Source: Bacilli bacterium (GTDB taxonomy: Bacteria > Bacillota_I > Bacilli_A > RFN20 > DUOF01). From it: a stretch of 64,000 bases of DNA. The stretch lies in NCBI GenBank assembly GCA_045119835.1, contig JBGVED010000040.1, forward strand, positions 388 to 64,387, read 5' to 3'. Shown piece after piece: positions 19,820 through 29,084 of this stretch. A model generated the notes under the pieces. It saw nothing but the letters and a program-made list of their open reading frames with translations, searched no databases and had not been told where the DNA came from. The position numbers and the translations under genes are program-made. The stretch's first letter is position 1. Every line of letters begins with the position of its first letter.

Positions 19820-20350
19820 CTATAAACAAACTAAATCTTTTAAACTTTGATACAAACTCTCGCCTATCCCACTGACTTTCTTTAAGTCTTCTATAGTCTT
19901 AAATCCTCCATTAACTGTTCTATACTCTACTATTCTTTTAGAAAAAACTTCTCCAATTCCTGGCAAATTCTCATCTAAACTAGCTGCCGTCGCAGTATTT
20001 AAAGATATTTTTTTTGTTTTATTATTCTCATCAACATCAATATAAGGAATATAATAGTTTCCATTATTCTCCAAAATAGCATTAGAATTAAAGCAAGCAA
20101 TATCTGCATCTGCATCTAATCCTCCTGCCAAAGAAATAAGCTCACCCATTGTAGTATTCTTTTTAACCTTATACGTTCCTGGACTAACAACCTCCCCGCT
20201 AATAGTAACAGAATAAACACTTGAAGAACTAACCGTTTGACTCTCTCCATTTACTGTTTCAAACTCAATACTACTCATATACTTATTTACTAAATCCATA
20301 CATACAACATAACAAATTGTAAAAAAAGCCACTAAAACTATCGTTTTCAT
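19820..20350 (-). CDS. comEA: Competence protein ComEA (SLBB plus helix-hairpin-helix DNA-binding domain)
   Basis: ISGEVVSPGTYKV (SLBB), SLNTATAASLDENLPGIGEVFSKRIVEYR and GFKTIEDLKKVSGIGESL (HhH) are present. The start was moved to the ATG at 20350, after GGAGGGAGAG. Confidence 0.85.
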   Translation of the reverse strand: MKTIVLVAFFTICYVVCMDLVNKYMSSIEFETVNGESQTVSSSSVYSVTISGEVVSPGTYKVKKNTTMGELISLAGGLDADADIACFNSNAILENNGNYYIPYIDVDENNKTKKISLNTATAASLDENLPGIGEVFSKRIVEYRTVNGGFKTIEDLKKVSGIGESLYQSLKDLVCL

Positions 20351-20448
20351 AAATTTCTCTCCCTCCATTAATATAAATAAGGAAGAAAACTTTATTTGTA
20401 ACAAAATTTATTCTAAAATAATTAAAGTTAAAATGAGGTAAGATAAAA

Positions 20449-21003
20449 ATGAAAAAATATTTAAAATTATTTTGGACTTTCTTTAAAATCGGTCTTTTCA
20501 CTTTTGGTGGAGGATATGCAATGATTTCAATAATCCATAAAGAAAGCGTAGAAAAAAACAAATGGATATCTAATGAAGATATGAATAATATAATTGTTGT
20601 TGCGGAGTCAACACCTGGACCAATCGCTATAAACTCATCAACTTTTATAGGGTATAAAGTAGGAAAACTTCTAGGAGCCATAGTTGCCGTTCTAGGAGTT
20701 TCTTTACCATCTTTATTAATTATCACTCTAATATCAATTTTTATAAAAGATTTTAAAAATATAACTATAATAAAATACGCTTTTGAAGGAATACGCGCTG
20801 CTATTATAATACTAATGATTGAAGCCATCATAAAATTATCAAAACCATTAAATAAAAATGCACTTTTCTATTCTCTTTTAATAACCTCATTCATATTAAA
20901 CTATTTCTTTAATATAAATGCTATTTTAATAATAATCGCAGGTATATTTTTAGGTATATTAAAAGAAATATTCAGTGGTAAGAAGGTGAATATAAATGGC
21001 TAA
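20449..21003 (+). CDS. chrA: Chromate transporter family protein (short CHR, half 1)
   Basis: FTFGGGYAMISII and AESTPGPIAINSSTFIGY are present. It is paired with a second half-size CHR gene and overlaps it by 8 nt. Confidence 0.8.
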   Translation: MKKYLKLFWTFFKIGLFTFGGGYAMISIIHKESVEKNKWISNEDMNNIIVVAESTPGPIAINSSTFIGYKVGKLLGAIVAVLGVSLPSLLIITLISIFIKDFKNITIIKYAFEGIRAAIIILMIEAIIKLSKPLNKNALFYSLLITSFILNYFFNINAILIIIAGIFLGILKEIFSGKKVNING

Positions 21004-21583
21004 TTTATTAAATCTTTTTATTACATTTTTTAAAATAGGACTCTTCACTTTTGGCGGAGGCTATTCAATGATTCCTATGATTATCGAAGAAACAAAAAAA
21101 TTTAATGTCTTAAGCGAAACCGATATAATTGACTTCATTGCTATAAGTGAATCAACACCTGGACCATTTGCCATAAACATCGCAACATTAATTGGCTACT
21201 CACAAGAAGGACTACTAGGAGCAATAACAGCTACTGCCGGAGTTATTCTTCCTTCTTTTATAATTATTTTACTACTAGTAAACATAATTGAAAAAATAAA
21301 AGATAATCGTTTCTTCAAATCAATGATAAAAACTGTCATGCCTTTAGTTATTGGTCTTATTTTATCAACTGTATTAAATATTACCTTAACTAATTTATTT
21401 AATATAGAAAATTTATCTAACATAAAAAATGAGTTTAGCATTAACTTTACTACACTCATTTCTCTATTATTAATAATTATTTTTACAATCACATTAAAAT
21501 TATTAAAAAAGAAAAAGCCCACACCTATATTAATAATATTAATATGTGCAGGCTTAGGAATAATTATCTCAAGTTTGCTCTAA
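20996..21583 (+). CDS. chrA: Chromate transporter family protein (short CHR, half 2)
   Basis: FTFGGGYSMIPMI and SESTPGPFAINIATLIGY are present. Confidence 0.8.
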   Translation: MANLLNLFITFFKIGLFTFGGGYSMIPMIIEETKKFNVLSETDIIDFIAISESTPGPFAINIATLIGYSQEGLLGAITATAGVILPSFIIILLLVNIIEKIKDNRFFKSMIKTVMPLVIGLILSTVLNITLTNLFNIENLSNIKNEFSINFTTLISLLLIIIFTITLKLLKKKKPTPILIILICAGLGIIISSLL

Positions 21584-21875
21584 GAGATTTTGCGTTGCTG
21601 AAGTCTTTAGAAATTCTTTCTAATACCTCATCATATTTAACAACTTCTAGAATACTCCCCATTTGAACTCTATCAACATTCTCTAGAAGTTTTTTTGTTT
21701 CTTGGCAACATTTTGCTGCTATACTCATCATTGAATCATTCTCTGTTATACCTAATTTTATAAAATTAAGAATAGCAACTTTACCCTCAACTACAATACT
21801 AGCCTCGCAAATCTTTTCGTCTCCATTAAACATTGCAATAAGATTTTCACCCTTATTTAATACATAATTATACAT
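21564..21875 (-). CDS. Hypothetical protein (about 103 aa)
   Basis: The ORF has the SD GGTGATAGAA before the ATG at 21875 (the track start is a GTG inside the SD). Its 3' end overlaps the chrA 3' end convergently by 20 nt. Confidence 0.45.
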   Translation of the reverse strand: MYNYVLNKGENLIAMFNGDEKICEASIVVEGKVAILNFIKLGITENDSMMSIAAKCCQETKKLLENVDRVQMGSILEVVKYDEVLERISKDFSNAKSLRANLR

Positions 21876-21970
21876 TTCTATCACCTACTATTTAAATTTT
21901 ATCATAATATTTCAATATTACAATCTTTTTTTATTCAACTAATACTTATTTGTTGTTACATTTTATTATT

Positions 21971-22480
21971 TTATTTATCTTCTAATGTAAAAGTAGAACC
22001 AATACCAACTATACTAATTAAAATAATAAATATATAACCCCATCCAAAAACATTCAAATAACGTATAGTATTACCAGCATCATATTTATTGAAACTAACA
22101 AAACTAAGAATTAAAATTGCCCCTAGTAGTAAACCATTACCAATTTTAGAAATAACACTTCTCTTCATAAACACACCAACAGTTAAAACTATAATACTTG
22201 CTAGACACAAAACAAAACTAACCCACATAATTACATAAGAAAAAGTAAAAACATCCCTTAAAACACTGACCTTTGCATCTAAAACCTCAAGATCTCCATT
22301 AAATAAAAAACTAAACAAAGAAACTTTATCATCCCAAGTAATAGAAGTTCCACTAGCAAGAGAAGAACTTGAAGTATATGTAATGAAATTAACAAGCATT
22401 AAAAGAATACATAAAATACCACTACCCAAGCCAATCAATTTTTTAATTAATATTAATTTTTCTTTACTCAAACTTTTCAC
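21971..22480 (-). CDS. Integral membrane protein, function unknown
   Basis: About four hydrophobic segments are present. The likely start is the GTG at 22480, after AGGTGATATAT, but the start is uncertain. Confidence 0.5.
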   Translation of the reverse strand: MKSLSKEKLILIKKLIGLGSGILCILLMLVNFITYTSSSSLASGTSITWDDKVSLFSFLFNGDLEVLDAKVSVLRDVFTFSYVIMWVSFVLCLASIIVLTVGVFMKRSVISKIGNGLLLGAILILSFVSFNKYDAGNTIRYLNVFGWGYIFIILISIVGIGSTFTLEDK

Positions 22481-22512
22481 ATATATCACCTAATTTAAGA
22501 TTATCACAATAT

Positions 22513-22548
22513 AATAAAAAAAATCTAGTTTCGCAACTAGATTTTAAA
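22513..22548 (-). terminator. Rho-independent terminator
   Basis: AAATCTAGTT (22521-30), loop tcgc, AACTAGATTT (22535-44). A T-run follows on the minus strand. Confidence 0.7.
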
Positions 22549-22567
22549 AAATATAAACTTAAATAAA

Positions 22568-23071
22568 CTATTTAGAAGTTATTACTTTAACTGACATACA
22601 TAATGCTGCAAGTATAGAAGCTACAGCTGAAACAATGCCACCAATAGCAAGAGTATAATCAACTTCATTAACTATTTTTCCAAGTATTGTATCGGCACCA
22701 ACAACAAAACCTGGCATTAAGAAACAAAATACTCCAGCAACAACAAATAAAGCTACAGCGAAAACATCAAAAACTTTATTATTCTTTTTAGCTTTATAAC
22801 TAGAAATTGAAAGAGCAACACCTAATATCATTAGTAAATATGTTAATAAAGCCATAAATGAAAAGCCAAATACTGCAACATCATCACTTTTAAAACCAAA
22901 AACAACTTTTAATCCAGTATAACCTTCTCCTTCAATAACATTACCTAATACTTTAGTATCAGGAACTTTAACTGTTTCAACAAAAATCATGCAAATCGCA
23001 ACAATGCCCAAAATAGCACCAATAAGTCCTAAAATCTTTCTTGTATTTGATTTAGCTTTTTTCTTCGCCAT
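22568..23071 (-). CDS. Integral membrane protein, function unknown
   Basis: A strong SD (AAGGAGGAG) is present. A K-rich N-terminus is followed by four hydrophobic segments. Confidence 0.55.
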   Translation of the reverse strand: MAKKKAKSNTRKILGLIGAILGIVAICMIFVETVKVPDTKVLGNVIEGEGYTGLKVVFGFKSDDVAVFGFSFMALLTYLLMILGVALSISSYKAKKNNKVFDVFAVALFVVAGVFCFLMPGFVVGADTILGKIVNEVDYTLAIGGIVSAVASILAALCMSVKVITSK

Positions 23072-23103
23072 AATATCTCCTCCTTAAAAATATTTTATCA
23101 ATT

Positions 23104-23769
23104 TTACATTAACACATAAAGCAAAATGCTAATAAATTGAAACATTGTTCCTACCAAGCAAAACAAATGCCACACAGAATGAATATACTTTTTCTTGCTA
23201 CCAAAAAGATAAAATATAGCACCAATAGTATACATTACCCCACCCATAAGCAACCATACAAAACCAGCTGTCGGTAAATTATCTAGCAAAGGACCTAAAG
23301 CAATAACAACACACCACCCCATCGCTAAATAACAAATCATACTAAGAACTTTGATTATAGGTTTATGCATATTTATCGCATTGAACACTATACCTAAAAC
23401 AGCAAAACCCCAAACAACACCAAATAAAGACCAGCCCCAGCCTCCAGCTTCCCTTAAAGTAACTAAACAATACGGAGTATAAGTGCCAGCAATAAGCAAA
23501 AATATAGTACAATGATCAAATATTCTAAACACTTTTTTAGCTTTGTTTTTTCTTAAAAAATGATAAATTGCACTCATAGTATAAAGCAAAATCATAGATG
23601 ATCCATACAAAGACATACTAACAACACCATATGCATTACTATGAATACATGCAACCACTAAGCCAACAACTAAAGCAACAATTCCAAATGCTCCCCCAAC
23701 AATATGTGAAACCGCATTAAATATTTCTTCTCCCTTTGTATAATTAGGAAGTTCTTTACTGTACTTCAT
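23104..23769 (-). CDS. Hemolysin III / PAQR family channel protein
   Basis: The protein has 7 TM segments and contains SAIYHFL, FDHCTIFLLIAGTYTP and HLFCLVG. Confidence 0.8.
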   Translation of the reverse strand: MKYSKELPNYTKGEEIFNAVSHIVGGAFGIVALVVGLVVACIHSNAYGVVSMSLYGSSMILLYTMSAIYHFLRKNKAKKVFRIFDHCTIFLLIAGTYTPYCLVTLREAGGWGWSLFGVVWGFAVLGIVFNAINMHKPIIKVLSMICYLAMGWCVVIALGPLLDNLPTAGFVWLLMGGVMYTIGAIFYLFGSKKKYIHSVWHLFCLVGTMFQFISILLYVLM

Positions 23770-25179
23770 TTACGCATTCAACTCTTCTTTCCTTTTAAGA
23801 ATACTCCTAGCCACGCTTATTCCATTAGCAGACGCTTGCATTAATCCTCTAGTAACACTTGCTCCATCGCCAATAGCTCTAAGACCTTTAATACTAGTTT
23901 CAAAATCTTTATTTACTACTACTTTATTTGAATAAAATTTAACTTCCACTCCATACAACAGTGTTTCGTCACTTGCAATTCCCGGAGTAACTTTATCTAA
24001 TGCCCACAACATTTCCTCAATATCAACCATGATTCTATGAGGAAATACTAATGATAAATCACCAGGGACAGCATCCTTTAATGTAGGTATTATATTATTT
24101 CTACATAATCTTTCCTCTGTTGTCCTTCTTCCCTTTTTAAAATCACCAAATGTTTGAACAAGAATTCTGCCATCACACAACAAATTACTAAGTTCTGCTA
24201 TCTTTCTACCATACTCAATAGGATTTTTAAATGGTTTAGTAAAATTTTTAGACACAAGTAAAGCAAAATTAGTATTATTCGTTTTGTATTCCTTCGACTT
24301 ATAAGCATGACCATTTACTACAGCCAAACCATTTTCATAATACTCAGTAGCAACCTCTCCTGATGGATTAGAGCAAAATGTTCTAACCTTATCATCAAAA
24401 GTCGGAGTATGATAAACAAGTTTTGCTTCATATAAATTTTTATTTAATTCTTCCATTATTTCATCTCTAACTTCAACTCTAACTCCAACATCTACAGTCC
24501 CTGGTTCTGTTTCAATATTATGCTCCTCGCATATATTATAGAACCATTCCGCTCCTTCTCTACCTACTGCGCTAACTACTTCATCAGCATAATATTCATC
24601 TTTATCAGTAGCAATACCTTCTATTTTACCATCATGAATAATAAGATTCTTAACCATTGTATTAAAAATGATTTCCACACCTTGTTCCAATAAAAACTCT
24701 TGAATCTTACTATATATTTTATACCCTTCTTCAGTACCCAAATGTCTTATAGGACATTCAATTAATTTAAGATTAGCTCCAATTGCAGATCTTCTAATCT
24801 TTTCTATTTCCTTCTCCTTATCCAAGCCATATATCTTTGTATCTGCACCAAAACTTAAATAAACATCATCTGATTCTTTAATAAGTTTTTTGGTTTCATC
24901 ATATCCTAAAATTTCAGGAAGATGTCCTCCAACATCAGGTGATAAAGATAGTTTCCCATCACTAAAAGCACCAGCCCCAGCAAAACCTGTAGTAATAGCA
25001 CAAGGTTTACAACTGACGCACTTTAAAGTCTTCCTTTTAGGACACATCCTTTTATCTATCGATCTACCCTTTTCAATCATTAAAACTTTTAAATCTTTAT
25101 TTTGTTTCTTTAACTCATAAGCACAAAAAATCCCTGAAGGACCCGCTCCAACAATAATTACATCATACTTCATATTCAA
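23770..25179 (-). CDS. NAD(P)/FAD-dependent oxidoreductase (uncharacterised FAD-dependent dehydrogenase type)
   Basis: It has the dinucleotide-binding N-terminus YDVIIVGAGPSGIFCAYEL and a C-terminal GDGASVTRG. It abuts the hemolysin III gene with no intergenic base. Confidence 0.7.
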   Translation of the reverse strand: MNMKYDVIIVGAGPSGIFCAYELKKQNKDLKVLMIEKGRSIDKRMCPKRKTLKCVSCKPCAITTGFAGAGAFSDGKLSLSPDVGGHLPEILGYDETKKLIKESDDVYLSFGADTKIYGLDKEKEIEKIRRSAIGANLKLIECPIRHLGTEEGYKIYSKIQEFLLEQGVEIIFNTMVKNLIIHDGKIEGIATDKDEYYADEVVSAVGREGAEWFYNICEEHNIETEPGTVDVGVRVEVRDEIMEELNKNLYEAKLVYHTPTFDDKVRTFCSNPSGEVATEYYENGLAVVNGHAYKSKEYKTNNTNFALLVSKNFTKPFKNPIEYGRKIAELSNLLCDGRILVQTFGDFKKGRRTTEERLCRNNIIPTLKDAVPGDLSLVFPHRIMVDIEEMLWALDKVTPGIASDETLLYGVEVKFYSNKVVVNKDFETSIKGLRAIGDGASVTRGLMQASANGISVARSILKRKEELNA

Positions 25180-25275
25180 CCCTACTTTCTAAAACAAACT
25201 AATAGTATTATAAATAAAAACTAAAATCAATCAAAAATCTATAGGGACCAAAAATAATAAAAAGTCAAGAAAAAT

Positions 25276-26577
25276 TTAAATAATAAGCAAAGATATAGAA
25301 GAAACGAATAACAAAACAAATGTAATAATAAACCCATTCTTCATAAAACTAGCAAAACTATAATTAACCTTTTTATCCTTAAGCATCCTTATCCACATTA
25401 TCCCCGCTAACGCACCAATTGGAGTAAATAATGCACCCAGATTAGAACCCATAATAGTAGCATAAACCAAATCTAAATTCGCAGAATTAGAGAGAATTGA
25501 GCCAAAAGCTAAACTCATTGGAATATTATTCACAATATTACAAAACAACGTTGATGCAACTAAATAAACTATAGATAAATATTTTCCATTTGAAAACACA
25601 TTTAACAATTCATATATTTCTTTAAAAAACTCAAACGAATCAAGTGCCATAATTATCGTAAACATCGATAAAATAAAAGGAATTAAATTATATGGAATTC
25701 TTTTAAGACCAGACTTAATATAATTAAAATCGTTTTTATACACTGCACAACAAAAAAATATAATAAGCAAAGAAAAAGAAAAAACAAAACAAATAAGCCA
25801 CATTTCCAAACCAACATAATTTGAAACAGCAAGCAAAAATATGGTTAAAACTAAATGAACTAATGATACAATACACAATGGTTTATTTTTTAAATTAATT
25901 ACATCATTATCGAAGACTTCTATTTTTTCTTTTAACTGCTTATTAAAAACAATCACTAAAACCACTAAAGAACTTATCCCGCAAAATAACGTTGGAACAA
26001 CCATTTTTACAATATAATCAAAAAAATCAATACTAAATATAGATGATAAATAAATATTAGTAGGATTACCTATTGGCAATACCATTGAATATGTATTAGC
26101 AGCAACAAATTGCATCACTAAATAAGGAATAGGATTTATATTACCATTTCTACAAAAATGAATAATAAAAGGAGTAAATGTTAAAATTATAATGTCGTTA
26201 GATGTAAAAATAGTCAATACAGATATAAGCAAATATAAAACAATAAATAATTTGATTTGAGATTGCTTATACTTCCTTATAAACACATTAGCAATATATT
26301 CAAAAAATCCCGTTTCATCCAAAAATATAGACAAGACCGAAACACATATAAACAAAACAAGAATTTTCAAAGGATTTAAACTATTATTAGAAAATAAAAT
26401 ATCAAAAAAATCACTTTTATCAAATATTGGCAATACCAATAAAGTAATAGCAACAATTAAAAGTGGAACAAAAAATGAATCTATTTTAAATTTAAATACT
26501 TTTATTACAGGATACTTTAAAACACATATAAACATCCCCACTATCCCTAGCAAACTCAATATTAACGTTAAAGTCAT
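25276..26577 (-). CDS. ArsB/NhaD-superfamily (citrate-transporter-like) anion permease
   Basis: The product is 433 aa and polytopic. Its repeat-like halves contain PIGNPTNIY and GSNLGALFTPIGALAG. Confidence 0.5.
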   Translation of the reverse strand: MTLTLILSLLGIVGMFICVLKYPVIKVFKFKIDSFFVPLLIVAITLLVLPIFDKSDFFDILFSNNSLNPLKILVLFICVSVLSIFLDETGFFEYIANVFIRKYKQSQIKLFIVLYLLISVLTIFTSNDIIILTFTPFIIHFCRNGNINPIPYLVMQFVAANTYSMVLPIGNPTNIYLSSIFSIDFFDYIVKMVVPTLFCGISSLVVLVIVFNKQLKEKIEVFDNDVINLKNKPLCIVSLVHLVLTIFLLAVSNYVGLEMWLICFVFSFSLLIIFFCCAVYKNDFNYIKSGLKRIPYNLIPFILSMFTIIMALDSFEFFKEIYELLNVFSNGKYLSIVYLVASTLFCNIVNNIPMSLAFGSILSNSANLDLVYATIMGSNLGALFTPIGALAGIMWIRMLKDKKVNYSFASFMKNGFIITFVLLFVSSISLLII

Positions 26578-26589
26578 AAAATCACCACA

Positions 26590-27120
26590 TTAATTATTAT
26601 AATTTTTAATTTTTTCTTTTAATCTATTAGCCATATATTCATTAACTCCACCTAATTCATTTAAAATTATTATAGCTTCTACCCTATATTCTCTAATCCT
26701 CTCTTCGTTCCACATAGAAGGAATATCTTTTAAATTAAATAAACGATCTGCTAATTTTACAATTGAAACCTCTACACTTTGCTTCTTTATTCTATCTAAA
26801 CTATCCTTCATTTGATCACAATGTTGAAGATTAAAATTTTTAGTAAGTGCTAAAACACCATCTGCAATATCCTTACCAAATAATTCCTTAACTTCTTCAT
26901 AACTAGTAGAAGTATCCTCTATAGTATCATGCAACAAAGATAAAATAATGACTTTTTCTAAATTAACATTACTATTATTATTTAAGCATCCACTAACAGC
27001 CTCTAAGCAAACACCTTGCAAATGAGCCACATAGCTAACATTAGGTTGCTTCATCTTTATCCCTTCATGTTTTAATGCCGCAAATAACAAAGCTTCATTA
27101 ATTTTATCTTGATTAATCAT
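26590..27120 (-). CDS. HD-domain protein, RelA/SpoT-type small (p)ppGpp hydrolase-like
   Basis: AALKHEG, YVAHLQGV, LLHDTIEDT and VKLADRLFNL match the RelA/SpoT HD hydrolase signature. Confidence 0.7.
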   Translation of the reverse strand: MINQDKINEALLFAALKHEGIKMKQPNVSYVAHLQGVCLEAVSGCLNNNSNVNLEKVIILSLLHDTIEDTSTSYEEVKELFGKDIADGVLALTKNFNLQHCDQMKDSLDRIKKQSVEVSIVKLADRLFNLKDIPSMWNEERIREYRVEAIIILNELGGVNEYMANRLKEKIKNYNN

Positions 27121-27174
27121 AATACTATCACCAATATAAACAATACACTAATTTTATCCAAAAAAAAAGATTAA

Positions 27175-27573
27175 TTAGAATTTATCTACATAATCGCTAA
27201 CTAATCCTACAAGTTCTTTACACGCTTCAAATTTTGCTTCTTCAATACAAGTTCCATTATTAATCCATTGTTTATTAACCATTAATTGCTTTACAAATTT
27301 CCAAAACACTTTTATCTCAATTTCATCATCCATTGTAACATAATCAGTATCAATATATTCTAAAAGATTAATATCTAAAACAGCCAAAACTTGACCAAAT
27401 TTTCCCATAGTAAAATCCACTGTTCCTTTTTCCCAAGACCAAATGGTACCTGGCTTCATGCCTAATAGTCTAGCTAACTCATTTTGCTTGTAGCCTCTTT
27501 CCTTCCTTAAAAACACCAAACATTGTCCTCTATATTTAGCATCTTTAAACAATAAATTAATATCAATCCTCAT
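27175..27573 (-). CDS. XRE-family helix-turn-helix transcriptional regulator
   Basis: The HTH is LRKERGYKQNELARLLGMKPGTIWSWEKG. The start was moved to the ATG at 27573 because a TATAAT box lies inside the track N-terminal extension. Confidence 0.7.
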   Translation of the reverse strand: MRIDINLLFKDAKYRGQCLVFLRKERGYKQNELARLLGMKPGTIWSWEKGTVDFTMGKFGQVLAVLDINLLEYIDTDYVTMDDEIEIKVFWKFVKQLMVNKQWINNGTCIEEAKFEACKELVGLVSDYVDKF

Positions 27574-27779
27574 ACACCACATATCCTTTTTTATAATTAT
27601 ACTAATCGCGCTTTTCAAACTTGATTTAAAATAGAATTAAATCTATTATAAAAAGAACCGCCTAAAACATAAATTTTGTTAACAATAGATTATACTTTTA
27701 TTAAAAATAGATTTAACTAAAAAATTAACAATTAAAAACTAAGAAGATTTCTCCTCTTAGTTTAACAAATATAATTTAA

Positions 27780-27921
27780 TTACATCGAAAAGTTCGAATT
27801 ACCAGTATTTGTTTGGCCTGGACATTGTGTTTCTTGATCTGTAGTGTGTTGATAATAATATCTATTAACAGGTACATATCTATTTACTACATGTGTATGA
27901 GACTAGTACAAATAACTGGTT
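27780..27921 (-). pseudogene. Decayed 3' fragment of a second cotD-like gene
   Basis: The minus strand reads SHTHVVNRYVPVNRYYYQHTTDQETQCPGQTNTGNSNFSM-stop (stop at 27780-27782). Upstream of 27900 there is a 2-nt insertion relative to the intact copy, plus in-frame stops, and no start codon. Confidence 0.7.
27820..27921 (-). repeat. Direct repeat copy A (matches 28842..28941)
   Basis: 27820-27900 is identical base for base to 28842-28922 (81 bp). Similarity continues to 27921/28941 across a 2-nt indel. Confidence 0.85.
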
Positions 27922-27940
27922 AACTTAGTTCAAATTGGTA

Positions 27941-27965
27941 TTTAAAAAGGGCTTTTTTCAGCCCT
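27941..27965 (-). terminator. Rho-independent terminator after the 239-aa membrane protein gene
   Basis: AGGGC (27948-52) pairs with GCCCT (27961-65) and a T5 run follows on the minus strand. The right arm overlaps the stop codon. Confidence 0.55.
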
Positions 27966-28683
27966 ATTTTGAACTAAGTACTTTATCTGATTTATTAAGT
28001 ATCTTTTGATAGAAATACCCTATAAATAAAACTATTACTGCACCTAAAATATATATAATTGCATTAAAAATACTGCTTTCTACTAAAACCAAATTATATA
28101 TATAATGATCACCATACATAGAAAGACCAAAAAAAGCTGTTTTGAAAATCAAATTAACAATTATCATAATATTTGCCACTAGCAATATTAACCCACCAGA
28201 AATAATTAGCACTTTATTATTTTTGAAATCAATTTGCTTACTTTTTGCAAGATAAACACCAAATATCGACAATAGTACATGAATAAATGCATCTAAAAAT
28301 ATGGTTAAGTGAAATGTATAATCTCTGATAATATAACCTATACATGAAATTAATCCTGCACATAGCATCGGAAAAGAAAGTAATCCAACTAAAGAAAAAA
28401 CATATTTTTTGATATTTTGGGGTAATACAAGAGAAATAAAAACTAAAGTATACATAAAAGGAGACATATTACCAGTTGGTAAAGCATTTTGAAAGTTCCA
28501 ATCATAAAATCCAACATCTAAATAAATAGAAACAAGACAAAAAAGATATAGCAAGAAAATTGTCATGCTAAAGACGCTATTTACAAATTTGGATTTTTTA
28601 TTATATTTAAAAATCACTAAAACTCCTATAACATAAAAAACAATCAATGAAACTAAAGATATCCAATAATACATTAAATTCAC
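27964..28683 (-). CDS. Integral membrane protein (about 7 TM), function unknown
   Basis: The 239-aa product is hydrophobic throughout. The gene is flanked by the two cotD-like repeat copies. Confidence 0.55.
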   Translation of the reverse strand: MNLMYYWISLVSLIVFYVIGVLVIFKYNKKSKFVNSVFSMTIFLLYLFCLVSIYLDVGFYDWNFQNALPTGNMSPFMYTLVFISLVLPQNIKKYVFSLVGLLSFPMLCAGLISCIGYIIRDYTFHLTIFLDAFIHVLLSIFGVYLAKSKQIDFKNNKVLIISGGLILLVANIMIIVNLIFKTAFFGLSMYGDHYIYNLVLVESSIFNAIIYILGAVIVLFIGYFYQKILNKSDKVLSSK

Positions 28684-28735
28684 TCCTAATTTATTATTAT
28701 ATTGTCATTTTATCAGTATTTAAACAATACAACAA

Positions 28736-28770
28736 CATAAAAACCAAGAGAAAAAATCACTCTTGGTTTT
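28736..28770 (-). terminator. Rho-independent terminator after the cotD-like gene
   Basis: AACCAAGAG (28742-50) pairs with CTCTTGGTT (28760-68). T-runs are present on both strands. Confidence 0.65.
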
Positions 28771-28786
28771 TTATATACAAATTTAT

Positions 28787-29059
28787 TTACATTCCAAAGT
28801 TATTTGTGTTCATTCCAATATTAGTATTTCCTGCATTTCCAGGACATTGTGTTTCTTGATCTGTAGTGTGTTGATAATAATATCTATTAACAGGTACATA
28901 TCTATTTACTACATGTGTATGACTAGGGCAAATAACTGGTTGCTCTATTGGAAAACATCTTACAATGGTACTAGTTCTACAAGGCATAACAATTGGCTCT
29001 AATGGTGGACAAGTATTGTTGTTTCCGCAACCACAACCCATATTCATATTTTGATTCAT
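28787..29059 (-). CDS. CotD-family spore coat protein-like
   Basis: The 90-aa product is Cys/Pro/His/Asn-rich: GCGCGNNNTCPPLEPIVMPCRT..VICPSHTHVVNRYVPVNRYYYQHT. This resembles the CotD repeats of P.V.P..H.H. A GGAGG SD and a SigK-like promoter lie upstream. Confidence 0.6.
   Translation of the reverse strand: MNQNMNMGCGCGNNNTCPPLEPIVMPCRTSTIVRCFPIEQPVICPSHTHVVNRYVPVNRYYYQHTTDQETQCPGNAGNTNIGMNTNNFGM
28842..28941 (-). repeat. Direct repeat copy B (inside the intact cotD-like gene)
   Basis: See copy A. The two copies are spaced 1022 bp apart. Confidence 0.85.
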
Positions 29060-29084
29060 AATATATAACCTCCTTCTTTCACTA

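Noticed and set aside
20283-20831. 182-aa minus-strand ORF overlapping chrA half 1 and the comEA start
   Set aside because: It is the antisense shadow of a clearly recognisable chromate transporter gene. There is no SD and the composition is implausible.
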